Shown one piece after another: positions 9,980 through 19,381 of a DNA stretch of 64,000 bases. The DNA is from an uncultured Alphaproteobacteria bacterium (lineage in GTDB: Bacteria; Pseudomonadota; Alphaproteobacteria; HIMB59): assembly GCA_902599405.1 (NCBI GenBank), contig CACKFO010000002.1, forward strand, positions 14,077 to 78,076. The letters run 5' to 3'. The notes under the pieces are model-generated. The model was not told the origin of the DNA. It ran no database searches and saw only the letters and a program-made list of their open reading frames with translations. A program made the translations under genes and the position numbers. Each line of letters begins with the position of its first letter. The first letter of the stretch is position 1.

Positions 9980-11144
9980 ATCTAATCTTTTCGCCTTTTT
10001 TAATTTTATCATTTCCTTCAGGGACAAACGCTAGACCATCTGCCTCAGAAAGAGAAATTAGTTTTGCAGAACCTTTTGAGTTATGAGTATAAAGTATATT
10101 TTTAGATAATTTCACACGATAAAATTTTGTTAAATTAGATTTTTTATTTTCTGAAAATCCAGATTGGTAAAATTTGGTGATGCTAGAATTATCTTTGCGA
10201 GAAGGATCTATAAATAAACTTACTAAAAAAAATAAATTAGTGAAAACAGCTAATGGATTTCCTGGAAGTGAAAAATAATAATTGAATTTTAGTTTTGAAA
10301 AAATTACAGGTCGACCTGGTTGAATTCTTACATATTTAAAAAAAAGTTCAGTGTTTTGACTTAGAAATGACGATATGTAATCTTTAGAGCTAAATGAGGA
10401 GCCACCTGAACTAATTATAATATCAAATTTATTTTGATTTTTTTTATAAAATTTATCAACTTTTATTTTATCGTCTTTTAAAATACCTAAGTCATGAACA
10501 CTTATATTAAATTTCTTTAAAAAATGAATTATTTGATATTTGTTTGAGTCATATACTTGATGATCTTTTATTTTTTTGCCAGATTTTATTAATTCATTTC
10601 CTGAGGATACGACAGCAACTCTCAAAGTTTTATATACCCATAAATTTGTTATCCCTACTGATGAAAGTAATGCAATTTTTATGAAATCAATTTTTTCATT
10701 TTTTTTTATCAATATTTTATTTTTTTTTAAATCCTCACCTTTTTTTTTTATATCTTTATTAGATATTTTTGAATATTGGACTAATAGATTTTTTCCCTCA
10801 ACTTTTGCGTTTTCTAATGAAATAAAATTTTTGAAGTTTTGTGGAATAATACCTCCTGTATTTATTTTATAGGCTAAATTGGGATTTAATCTTTTATATG
10901 AATGTCCAGCATTTAGGAGCTTATTCGATATTGACACTTTGTTGAGATTTTTATTAGAAACAATATAACCATCTAATCCTGCAGTATTTTGTAAGGGTAG
11001 ATTTATTGGTGAAGTAATTGTTCTTGATGCTACTTTATTATTTGCTTCCTTTAATTTAATCTTAGACTCTTGAAATAACTTCTTTTTTTCCCGAATAATT
11101 ATTTTTTGCGCAAGTTTGAAAGATATTAGCCTAGGAGTTTTCAT
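9966..11144 (-). CDS. moeA: Molybdopterin molybdo/tungstotransferase MoeA (diverged)
   Basis: LDGY, SSGNEL, YDSN, QPGRP and LPGNP motifs; start placed at MKTPR. Confidence 0.88.
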   Translation of the reverse strand: MKTPRLISFKLAQKIIIREKKKLFQESKIKLKEANNKVASRTITSPINLPLQNTAGLDGYIVSNKNLNKVSISNKLLNAGHSYKRLNPNLAYKINTGGIIPQNFKNFISLENAKVEGKNLLVQYSKISNKDIKKKGEDLKKNKILIKKNEKIDFIKIALLSSVGITNLWVYKTLRVAVVSSGNELIKSGKKIKDHQVYDSNKYQIIHFLKKFNISVHDLGILKDDKIKVDKFYKKNQNKFDIIISSGGSSFSSKDYISSFLSQNTELFFKYVRIQPGRPVIFSKLKFNYYFSLPGNPLAVFTNLFFLVSLFIDPSRKDNSSITKFYQSGFSENKKSNLTKFYRVKLSKNILYTHNSKGSAKLISLSEADGLAFVPEGNDKIKKGEKIRFIEF

Positions 11145-11619
11145 AATATATTTTAGAGGCAATTTCTTCTATTTGACTGTGATTAAAGGTCTGAATTGGA
11201 TGATCGATATTATCGTCAGTAACGATATATTTAACATTATTTATAGATTTGTAGAGGTAGTCTTTGTTATTTTTTTGTAAGCTTACTTCTAACTTTATCA
11301 AATCATCAAATCTCTTAAATCCCTCAAATATTAGCAAATCACAATCTTTGTTAATTTCTACCAGACGTTCTAAATTAATATCTGACTCAGCTTTCTCTTC
11401 TATGAATGCAAGTCTTTTATCTGATACTAGTGTAGTTTTATATGCTCCGGATTTTCTAATTTTATAGCTATCTGTATTAGGATGATCAATGTCAAAAGAA
11501 TGATGAGCATGTTTCACCACACCAACTTTTATTTTATTTTCTTTAAAAAATTTTACTAAATTACTCACTAAAGTAGTTTTGCCACTATTTTTCCATCCAA
11601 TAACAGCTATTGTTTTCAC
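11131..11619 (-). CDS. mobB: Molybdopterin-guanine dinucleotide biosynthesis protein MobB
   Basis: GWKNSGKTTL, VKHAHHSFDID, EGFK; likely GTG start at 11619. Confidence 0.93.
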   Translation of the reverse strand: MKTIAVIGWKNSGKTTLVSNLVKFFKENKIKVGVVKHAHHSFDIDHPNTDSYKIRKSGAYKTTLVSDKRLAFIEEKAESDINLERLVEINKDCDLLIFEGFKRFDDLIKLEVSLQKNNKDYLYKSINNVKYIVTDDNIDHPIQTFNHSQIEEIASKIYYENS

Positions 11620-11648
11620 CTTGTCACCATAATACAATCAAGAAAAAA

Positions 11649-12461
11649 ATGACAGATTTTTTAATCAAACCAAGTGTAAATAATAGATCTTTATTTAAAT
11701 TAAAAAAATCAATTAATGAAAAAGGCGAAATAACAAAAATTCCAATCATTGAAGAAAAACCACTCACACTATACTTAAACAACCAAGAAATAGTGACAAT
11801 AATGACTATAGGAGATTATCCAAAATATTTAGCTATAGGTTATTTGTTCAATCAGGGAATGCTTAATAATATAGACGATGTAAAAAAGATTGAGTTTCAT
11901 AAAGACCTAAAAACAGTTGTTGTGAGAACAAAGAGTAAAACTAATTATGAAGAAAAATTAAAGAAGAAAGTAAATACTTCTGGTTGTGCACAAGGGACTG
12001 TATTTGGAGACTTATTTGAAGAAATAAACACCATTTCCTTGAATAAAAAAATAAGAATAGATCATCAACAGCTTATGAATTTATCCAAAAAAATTAATAC
12101 TGAGCCAAGTTTATATTTATCTGTAGGTGCAATACACGGTTGCGTCTTATGTCAGGGAGATAAACCTTTGTATTATTTTGAAGATGTGGGGAGACATAAT
12201 GCTGTTGATAAAATTGCTGGTTTGATACTTGATAAGAAAATAGACGCAAAAGAAATGTCTTTTTACACTACTGGCAGGCTGACAAGTGAAATGGTATTGA
12301 AATGTATCAAAATGGAAATACCAATACTATTATCTCGATCAGGTTTCACTGCTTGGGCAGTTGAAATAGCTAGAAAGAAAAATTTAACAATGATTGGAAG
12401 AATTAGAGGTAAACGGTTAAATATTTTATCTGGAGAATTCAGATATACCAAAGATGAGTAA
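11649..12461 (+). CDS. fdhD: Formate dehydrogenase accessory sulfurtransferase FdhD
   Basis: TSGCAQG, GAIHGC, EDVGRHNAVDKI, TTGRLTSEMV; likely ATG 11649. Confidence 0.95.
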   Translation: MTDFLIKPSVNNRSLFKLKKSINEKGEITKIPIIEEKPLTLYLNNQEIVTIMTIGDYPKYLAIGYLFNQGMLNNIDDVKKIEFHKDLKTVVVRTKSKTNYEEKLKKKVNTSGCAQGTVFGDLFEEINTISLNKKIRIDHQQLMNLSKKINTEPSLYLSVGAIHGCVLCQGDKPLYYFEDVGRHNAVDKIAGLILDKKIDAKEMSFYTTGRLTSEMVLKCIKMEIPILLSRSGFTAWAVEIARKKNLTMIGRIRGKRLNILSGEFRYTKDE

Positions 12462-13047
12462 GCTTGTATCTGTAATACTAACGGGTGGTAAATCCTCCAG
12501 AATGGGTTATGAAAATAAAAGTTTTTTAAAAATTAAAGATAAGTATTTCATTGAAATTTTAATAGAAAGTCTTCAAGGAAAGTCTAATGACATTATTATT
12601 AATGCTAATAGAGATATCAGTAAGTACAAAATATTTGGTTATAAAGTTGTAAGTGATAAAATTGGTGGTTACAAAGGGCCACTAGCTGGGTTACATAGCG
12701 CTCTTGATCTATATAAAAACTCAAAAGAGGATTTATGGTTTGCACTTTTTCCGACTGATGCCCCAATAATAAACACAGGTATCATAGATAATTTTATCTC
12801 AATTACAGAAAAAAAGAGTAAAGTTTATATTTGTAAGATTGATAATATTATCGAACCAATGTTTTCTTTTTGGTCATCAAAAATATTTACGGAATTAAAC
12901 GAAGTCCTTTTAAAAAATAATGGTTATAAAATTATGAAATTTGCTGAAGAAATTGGATTTGATTATATAAATTTTAAAAAAAATAAAAAAATTGAATTTT
13001 TTAATGTAAACAACAAAAATGATTATACAGAACTTCTAAGTTTTTGA
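12454..13047 (+). CDS. mobA: Molybdenum cofactor guanylyltransferase MobA
   Basis: LTGGKSSRMG..K, GPLAG, PTDAP, FFNVN. Confidence 0.93.
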   Translation: MSKLVSVILTGGKSSRMGYENKSFLKIKDKYFIEILIESLQGKSNDIIINANRDISKYKIFGYKVVSDKIGGYKGPLAGLHSALDLYKNSKEDLWFALFPTDAPIINTGIIDNFISITEKKSKVYICKIDNIIEPMFSFWSSKIFTELNEVLLKNNGYKIMKFAEEIGFDYINFKKNKKIEFFNVNNKNDYTELLSF

Positions 13048-13568
13048 AAATTTACTAACAAAGAGCCCTTATCATTAATTTTTTTTTCAGAATGACGATA
13101 TCCTCTCTCATTTAAGTAAGGAACTAAGTCCCTAAAATTTATGTAAGTAAAAGCTGGTAAGCCTTTTCCAAATTTTAAAGGCTCTATAGTTATAAAAATT
13201 TCATCAATTAAATCAGCATATAAGAAATAATCATGAACACTTGTTCCCCCTAAAATTAAAACACTTTCTTTGCAAAGACTTTCAAATTCATCCCACTGAT
13301 TAATATCTGGATTAAAATAATATTGATTTATTGAATTTTTAATTTGTTTGATTTTTTGGTATTTTCTAGAAAAAATAATTCTTGATCTAGACTCGTTTGG
13401 ATTTAATTCATGAGTCTTTCTGCCCATAACTTGCCATTTATGATTCTTTATTAGTTTGTCTAAATGTTTTTTGTCTTCCAAGCTAGTCCATTCAAATGGA
13501 TTATCTCCAGAATATTTTGCAATAAAACCATCGCTTGAACAAGCAAATGCTAAAGTGTATTTAATCAT
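13023..13568 (-). CDS. Dihydrofolate reductase / RibD C-terminal family protein
   Basis: ACSSDGFIA, VMGRKT, ILGG, LIDEIFITIEP..FGKG. Confidence 0.8.
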   Translation of the reverse strand: MIKYTLAFACSSDGFIAKYSGDNPFEWTSLEDKKHLDKLIKNHKWQVMGRKTHELNPNESRSRIIFSRKYQKIKQIKNSINQYYFNPDINQWDEFESLCKESVLILGGTSVHDYFLYADLIDEIFITIEPLKFGKGLPAFTYINFRDLVPYLNERGYRHSEKKINDKGSLLVNFQKLRSSV

Positions 13569-13612
13569 TAATTTATTTTATTAATTTTAAGTATAATATT
13601 TTATTTCAATAT

Positions 13613-14515
13613 ATGAATTTTTATCTACCTATTGCTGAAATATCCATAAATATTTATATTTTAATTTCCCTTGGAGTTGGAATTGGTTTTATATCTGGGC
13701 TCTTTGGCATAGGTGGAGGTTTTATATCCTCTCCTCTTTTGATACTAGTTGGCATTCCTCCAGCTGTTGCAGTTGGAACTACAACTGTTCAAGTATTCGC
13801 CTCAACATCAACTGGTGTTGTAAGTCATTTTCAAAGAAAAAACATTGACTATCAGATGGGCTTAACAATGATTATTGGTGGATTAGTGGGGACACTTTTT
13901 GGTGTATTAATTCTAAATAATTTAAAAAATATTGGTTTAATTGATAACTATTTAAATAGTATCTATATAATTCTTTTAATTATTACTGCTGTATTTATTC
14001 TTTATGAAACAGCTAAAGTTAATATCGTAAATAAAAATAAAAAATTTAAATTACACCAGCATTCTTGGATACATGGACTTCCTTTTAAAATTAAGTATAG
14101 AAAATCTAAACTATATATAAGTGTACTAGCACCACTTTTAATTGGCTTTTTTATAGGTGTATTGACAGGGCTAACTGGTATTGGTGGTGGCTTTATACTT
14201 ATTCCATGTATGATTTATTTTTTAGGTATGAAAACTATTTCAGTAATAGGGACATCTTTATTTAACATCACGATAGTATCCTTTGTATCTTTATTTTTGC
14301 AAATATATATAAATCAAAATATAGATTTTGTATTAGCTTTAGGATTAATAGTGAGTAGCTCTATTGGAGCTGCACTAGCTGCAAGGATAGTTGATGTACT
14401 TGATCAAGAAAATTTAAAGGTAACATTTGGTATGTTACTATTAATTATTTCATCATTTTTAGCTTATGATTTATTTAGAACACCTGAGAACTTGTTTATT
14501 ATAAATTATGTATAA
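13613..14515 (+). CDS. TauE/SafE (TSUP) family membrane protein
   Basis: Repeated GLxGIGGGF motif, multiple TM helices, YLPIAE N-terminus. Confidence 0.9.
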   Translation: MNFYLPIAEISINIYILISLGVGIGFISGLFGIGGGFISSPLLILVGIPPAVAVGTTTVQVFASTSTGVVSHFQRKNIDYQMGLTMIIGGLVGTLFGVLILNNLKNIGLIDNYLNSIYIILLIITAVFILYETAKVNIVNKNKKFKLHQHSWIHGLPFKIKYRKSKLYISVLAPLLIGFFIGVLTGLTGIGGGFILIPCMIYFLGMKTISVIGTSLFNITIVSFVSLFLQIYINQNIDFVLALGLIVSSSIGAALAARIVDVLDQENLKVTFGMLLLIISSFLAYDLFRTPENLFIINYV

Positions 14516-15185
14516 ATATATTTTAATAATCATATTTTTTTTTAAAATTGGTTTTGCATCTAATTTTTCCTTAGATCAATTTGAAATTGAAATAAACTCA
14601 AATTTTTTAGGAAAAGAAGTAGTTTTATTTGGAAATAAAGATAAAGACAGTGATGTCATCTTCATTTTTGAAGGAGAGAATAAAAAAGCTAAATTAACGA
14701 CAAAAGTTAAAGAGGGTTTTTTATGGATTAATGAGACAAAAGAGTTGAATAATCAACCTAGTTTTTTTGCGATCTTCACTTCTCCCAAAAAGACTTTGAA
14801 TGAAATTTTTTTATTTTCTAAATTAAAGGATAGACATTTACTAATAAGTAATCACTCTCTTGAACTACATAAAATAAGAAAAGCAATGAAAGTAAAAAAT
14901 TTATACATAGAAGAGGAGCTTGAAAGTTTAAATGGAAATTTATTTTTAAAGAAATTTCTGATACCAGATAACATCTCACCTGGAAATATAAAAGTTTATA
15001 TGTACGAATTAAAAAACAATGAAATTGTTAAAATGGTATCTAAAAACTTGCAAATAAAAAAAGGAGGAATTTCATTTAAACTGGAAAAGTTGTTAAAAAC
15101 TGAGTCTTTTATTTATATTATAATTTTGATTGCTATATCATTATTGCTTAGTTTAGTTACAAATTTAATATTTAGAAAAAAATGA
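14508..15185 (+). CDS. TIGR02186-like membrane-anchored protein
   Basis: Signal peptide, INSNFLG..VVLFG, LWIN, PSFFAI, C-terminal TM; follows TauE as in other alphaproteobacteria. Confidence 0.7.
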   Translation: MYKYILIIIFFFKIGFASNFSLDQFEIEINSNFLGKEVVLFGNKDKDSDVIFIFEGENKKAKLTTKVKEGFLWINETKELNNQPSFFAIFTSPKKTLNEIFLFSKLKDRHLLISNHSLELHKIRKAMKVKNLYIEEELESLNGNLFLKKFLIPDNISPGNIKVYMYELKNNEIVKMVSKNLQIKKGGISFKLEKLLKTESFIYIIILIAISLLLSLVTNLIFRKK

Positions 15186-15661
15186 AAAAAATTAAAAATA
15201 GAAATTATTTTGTAGTTATTGATCAAAGTGCTGAAATGTGGACTGCAGTTAAATTTGCTATAAGGAGAGCAAAAATAACAAAATCTAATATTACTACTGT
15301 AAGCTTTATTCAAAGTGCAAGCGAAGGTATGATGCTTACATCAGGGGCTGAAAAAATTTTGGATAAAGATCAGGTCATAACCGAAAAATTAAAACATAAA
15401 GAAGTGCATAACTTCATCTCAGATAAATTAAAAATTAAAGCAAAATCCGAAATATTTAAATATAATGAGATTGATGAGTTTATAAGTTTCTTAAATAAAT
15501 ATTCATCTAACTCAACTATTATTCTCGCTACAAGTAAAGATATAGGCAAACCAGGGCCCTTAATTGACAAACTTATATATGAAAAATCTAATTCGTTACA
15601 TTGCCCTCTTGTTATAATTAATGGTAATCTCGATGAAAAAGATATTGAGAAGATTATTTAG
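15182..15661 (+). CDS. Universal stress protein family
   Basis: YFVVIDQSAEM..AVKFAIRRA, PGPLI, PLVIINGNL. Confidence 0.8.
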   Translation: MKKIKNRNYFVVIDQSAEMWTAVKFAIRRAKITKSNITTVSFIQSASEGMMLTSGAEKILDKDQVITEKLKHKEVHNFISDKLKIKAKSEIFKYNEIDEFISFLNKYSSNSTIILATSKDIGKPGPLIDKLIYEKSNSLHCPLVIINGNLDEKDIEKII

Positions 15662-15805
15662 CTGAATAAAAAAGATTTTAAAATTTGTGTCGTATGCCAA
15701 AGACCATTTAATTGGAGAAAGAAATGGGAAAAAGTATGGAATGATGTTAAATATTGTTCAGAAAAATGTCGAAGGTCAAAATCAAAAATAATAAAGAAAA
15801 GATAG
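15662..15805 (+). CDS. DUF2256-like small Cys-rich protein (47 aa; not in ORF track)
   Basis: Translates [40 protein letters not shown]...; CTG start directly after the USP stop. Confidence 0.85.
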   Translation: MNKKDFKICVVCQRPFNWRKKWEKVWNDVKYCSEKCRRSKSKIIKKR

Positions 15806-16410
15806 CAAACTTACTGTTAAGTATTGGATGCGTGAATATAGACTTCAAAAAACAATTTACTCTTACATCCGGCAAAAAAAGTCCTGTTTATGTTGATTGT
15901 AGAAAATTAATTTCATTTCCAAAAGAAAGAGAATTAATTATTAATGAAATGAGCAAACAAATTAAATCGAAGTATAAAGATAATTCGACTATTATTGCTG
16001 GAGGCGAAACGGCTGGTATTCCCTACTCTTCCTTTCTGTGTCAAAAGATGAAATATCCAATGATATACATAAGAAAGAGTCCTAAAGGGTTTGGAAAAGG
16101 TAAGTTAATAGAAGGAGAGTTTAAAAAGAATACTCAGTCAATATTAGTAGAGGACATGGCAACTGATGGAGGAAGTAAATTACACTTCATAAGGGCTTTA
16201 AGACAAAATGAACTTAAAGTTAAAGATATTTATGTAGTTTTTTACTATGGTATCTACCCTAAAGCTAAAAAAAATATATCTAAAATGAAAGTGAATTTAA
16301 ATTATCTCACATCCTGGAGAGATATATTAACTATTTCTCCAAATTACATTTCAGATAAAGATTACGACAATTTAAAAAGTTATTTAGAGTCTATTTCAAG
16401 TGGAAAATAA
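15766..16410 (+). CDS. pyrE: Orotate phosphoribosyltransferase
   Basis: [39 protein letters not shown]. Confidence 0.93.
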   Translation: MSKVKIKNNKEKIANLLLSIGCVNIDFKKQFTLTSGKKSPVYVDCRKLISFPKERELIINEMSKQIKSKYKDNSTIIAGGETAGIPYSSFLCQKMKYPMIYIRKSPKGFGKGKLIEGEFKKNTQSILVEDMATDGGSKLHFIRALRQNELKVKDIYVVFYYGIYPKAKKNISKMKVNLNYLTSWRDILTISPNYISDKDYDNLKSYLESISSGK

Positions 16411-16861
16411 AATTATTAGTGTTGTTTCTGGAGGGTTTGACCCTATCCATCCTGGGCATATTATGATGATGAAAGAATGTTTAGAGTTTTCTAATTTTTT
16501 AATTGTAGGTGTAAATTCTAATAAATGGTTAATTGATAAAAAAGGAAATTTTTTTATGGATATTCAACATAGAATGTATGTTGTTGATAGCTTAAAAGTG
16601 GTAAATGAAGCTATGGAATTTGAAGATGATGAAATGGGAAGTGCAAATAATTTGTTAATTCAAGTAAGAAATAAATATCCAAATGAAAAAATTATTTTTG
16701 CTAATGGAGGTGATAGATCAGATGCTTCTAAAATTTTAGAATATGAAATAGCAAAGGAATATAATATTGAATTAAAGTTTGGTGTGGGTGGCAATCACAA
16801 AGAGTCCTCTAGTTCTGATTTGTTAAAAAGATGGAGTAAATACTCTAAAATTAAGGACTAA
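16400..16861 (+). CDS. Cytidylyltransferase-like HIGH-family nucleotidyltransferase
   Basis: SGGFDPIHPGH, VGVNS, FANGGDR, SSS. Confidence 0.85.
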   Translation: MENKIISVVSGGFDPIHPGHIMMMKECLEFSNFLIVGVNSNKWLIDKKGNFFMDIQHRMYVVDSLKVVNEAMEFEDDEMGSANNLLIQVRNKYPNEKIIFANGGDRSDASKILEYEIAKEYNIELKFGVGGNHKESSSSDLLKRWSKYSKIKD

Positions 16862-17438
16862 GGGTATACGATACCCAACCATTATCTTTAAACTCAAAGA
16901 CTTCTCTTTTGTGAATTCTATGAGGCATATCCTCCCAAAACTCGATTTTTGAGTATTTTACTATAAACCCTCCCCAGTAATCAGGACGAGGGAAATTTTC
17001 TTTTTCAGGATATTTATTTTTATAAAATTCAATTTTATTCTCTAAATCTTCTCTTGATTTTAAGACCTTTGATTGATTAGATGCCCACGCCCCTATTCGA
17101 CTTAAATAATGTCTTGAATTAAAATATTTATCTGATGTTTCTTTTGAGACTTTTTCAACTTTACCTTCTATTCTTATTTGTCTTAATAATGACTTCCAAT
17201 GGAAATTTAGGCAAACATTAGAATTTTTTAAAATGTCATTTCCTTTATTGCTCTCGTAATTTGTGTAAAAAATAAAACCTTCATTATTATAATCTTTTAA
17301 TAGAACCATCCTTGAATGAGGGGTATTTTTAACGTCAACTGTCGAAAGACACATTGCATTCGGATCGTTGATCTCTTTTTCAGTGGCTAAATCAAACCAT
17401 TCTTTAAACTTAATAATTGGATTTAATTTATCTGACAT
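16851..17438 (-). CDS. pdxH: Pyridoxamine 5'-phosphate oxidase
   Basis: RMVLLK, FYTNYESNKG, RQIRIEG, PDYWGG, EFW...RIH. Confidence 0.97.
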   Translation of the reverse strand: MSDKLNPIIKFKEWFDLATEKEINDPNAMCLSTVDVKNTPHSRMVLLKDYNNEGFIFYTNYESNKGNDILKNSNVCLNFHWKSLLRQIRIEGKVEKVSKETSDKYFNSRHYLSRIGAWASNQSKVLKSREDLENKIEFYKNKYPEKENFPRPDYWGGFIVKYSKIEFWEDMPHRIHKREVFEFKDNGWVSYTLSP

Positions 17439-17469
17439 GGTATGAGTATTATATTAATTTTATCAAAAA

Positions 17470-18291
17470 ATGGATTTAAAAAATAAAAAAGGACTAATAA
17501 TGGGAGTGGCTAATGATAAGTCCATTGCCTGGGGTATAGCTCAACAATGTGCAAATTTTGGTGCTGAATTAGCTTTTACTTATCAAAATGATCTTCTATT
17601 AAAGAGAATAGATCCTTTAGCTAAATCAGTTGGTTCAAATTTATTGATACAATGTGATGTTAGTGATGAAGGGTCAGTAAAAAAAGCTTTTGAAAAAGTT
17701 AAAGATAAATGGGGAAAATTGGATTTTTTTGTTCATGCTGTTGCGTTTGCAGATAAAAATGAGCTGAGAGGTAAGTATGTTGAAACTTCAAAAGAGAATT
17801 TTTTAAATAGTCTAAATATTTCTTGTTATTCCTTCACTGAGTCTTGTAAATATTGCTATGAATTAATGGATAATGGTGGGAGTATTTTAACGTTAACTTA
17901 CTATGGAGCAGAGCAAGTTATGCCACACTATAATGTAATGGGAGTAGCAAAATCAGCGCTTGAGGCCTCAGTGAAATATCTTGCTGTTGATATGGGGGAT
18001 AAAAATATAAGGGTTAACGCTATATCTGCAGGCCCAATTAAAACTCTTGCGGCTTCTGGTATTGGTGATTTTAGATTTATTTTAAAATGGAATGAGCTAA
18101 ATTCTCCATTAAAGAGAAATGTTACACTTGAAGATGTTGGTAACACAGGAGCCTACCTTTTAAGCGACCTTTCATCTGGAGTAACCGGTGAAATTCACCA
18201 TGTTGATTGCGGTTATCATACAGTTGGAATGGTAGCAGTTGATGAAGCTGAGGGTGTGGCAGGATTATTAAATGAGTTTAGTAAAAAATAA
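17470..18291 (+). CDS. fabI: Enoyl-ACP reductase FabI
   Basis: GVANDKSIAWGIA, YNVMGVAK, SAGPIKTLA. Confidence 0.98.
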   Translation: MDLKNKKGLIMGVANDKSIAWGIAQQCANFGAELAFTYQNDLLLKRIDPLAKSVGSNLLIQCDVSDEGSVKKAFEKVKDKWGKLDFFVHAVAFADKNELRGKYVETSKENFLNSLNISCYSFTESCKYCYELMDNGGSILTLTYYGAEQVMPHYNVMGVAKSALEASVKYLAVDMGDKNIRVNAISAGPIKTLAASGIGDFRFILKWNELNSPLKRNVTLEDVGNTGAYLLSDLSSGVTGEIHHVDCGYHTVGMVAVDEAEGVAGLLNEFSKK

Positions 18292-18298
18292 ATAGTTC

Positions 18299-19381
18299 AT
18301 GTCACATAATTCTTTTGGAAATTTATTAAAGTTTACAACTTGGGGAGAAAGTCATGGAGATGCTATAGGTTGTGTCGTTGATGGTTTTCCAGCAGGAATA
18401 CCTATTGACACAAAATATATTCAAACGAGACTAGATTTAAGAAAACCAGGTCAGTCAAAATTTACAACACAAAGAAAAGAGAAAGATGAAGTTAATGTAC
18501 TATCTGGAGTTTTTAACGGTAAAAGCACAGGTGCTCCGATATCAATGATAATTTACAACTCTGACCAAAGAAGCAAGGACTATTCAGAAATAAAAAATAA
18601 ATTTCGACCTGGTCATGCCGATTACACCTATTATATGAAATATAAAAATTATGATTATAGAGGTGGAGGAAGGTCTAGTGCTAGGGAAACTGCCATGAGA
18701 GTTGCTGCAGGTGCTCTTTCGGAATTACTTCTTAAAAAAATTTCAAAAAATAAAATAAAAGTTACAAGTGCTGTTATACAAATTGGTAATGAGAAGATAG
18801 AAAACTCAACTTGGAATAATAACTTTATTAATAAAAATCCTTTTTTCTCACCGGATAAGTCAATCCTTAAAAAATGGAAAGAACTAATTCTTACTCATCG
18901 AAAAAAAGGTTCATCACTTGGTGCTGTAATTGAAGTTAGGGTCTCAAATTGTCCTGTAGGTATAGGAGAGCCAATATATCAAAAACTTGACTCTGAATTA
19001 TCAAAAGCAATTATGAGTATAAATGCTGTAAAAGGTATAGAGTTTGGTACTGGTTTTGATTTAGTAAACTATGATGGCACTAATGGATCTGATCAAATTA
19101 ACTTTGAAAATAAAAAAATTAAATTTCATACCAACCATGCTGGAGGAATATTAGGTGGTATTTCTTCAGGACAAGATATTATTTTTAGATATATTGTTAA
19201 ACCTACAAGCTCAGTGTTAAGTGAAAAAAATACTGTTACAAAGAATTTCAAAAATACTAAAATCAAAACTAAAGGACGTCATGACCCTTGTGTAGGCATT
19301 AGAGCAGTACCAGTGGGAATAGCTATGACCAATTTTGTTATTGCAGATTTGTTACTAATTCACAAATCAAAATTACTTTAA
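18299..19381 (+). CDS. aroC: Chorismate synthase
   Basis: GESHG, RPGHAD, GGGRSSARET, GRHDPCV. Confidence 0.98.
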   Translation: MSHNSFGNLLKFTTWGESHGDAIGCVVDGFPAGIPIDTKYIQTRLDLRKPGQSKFTTQRKEKDEVNVLSGVFNGKSTGAPISMIIYNSDQRSKDYSEIKNKFRPGHADYTYYMKYKNYDYRGGGRSSARETAMRVAAGALSELLLKKISKNKIKVTSAVIQIGNEKIENSTWNNNFINKNPFFSPDKSILKKWKELILTHRKKGSSLGAVIEVRVSNCPVGIGEPIYQKLDSELSKAIMSINAVKGIEFGTGFDLVNYDGTNGSDQINFENKKIKFHTNHAGGILGGISSGQDIIFRYIVKPTSSVLSEKNTVTKNFKNTKIKTKGRHDPCVGIRAVPVGIAMTNFVIADLLLIHKSKLL

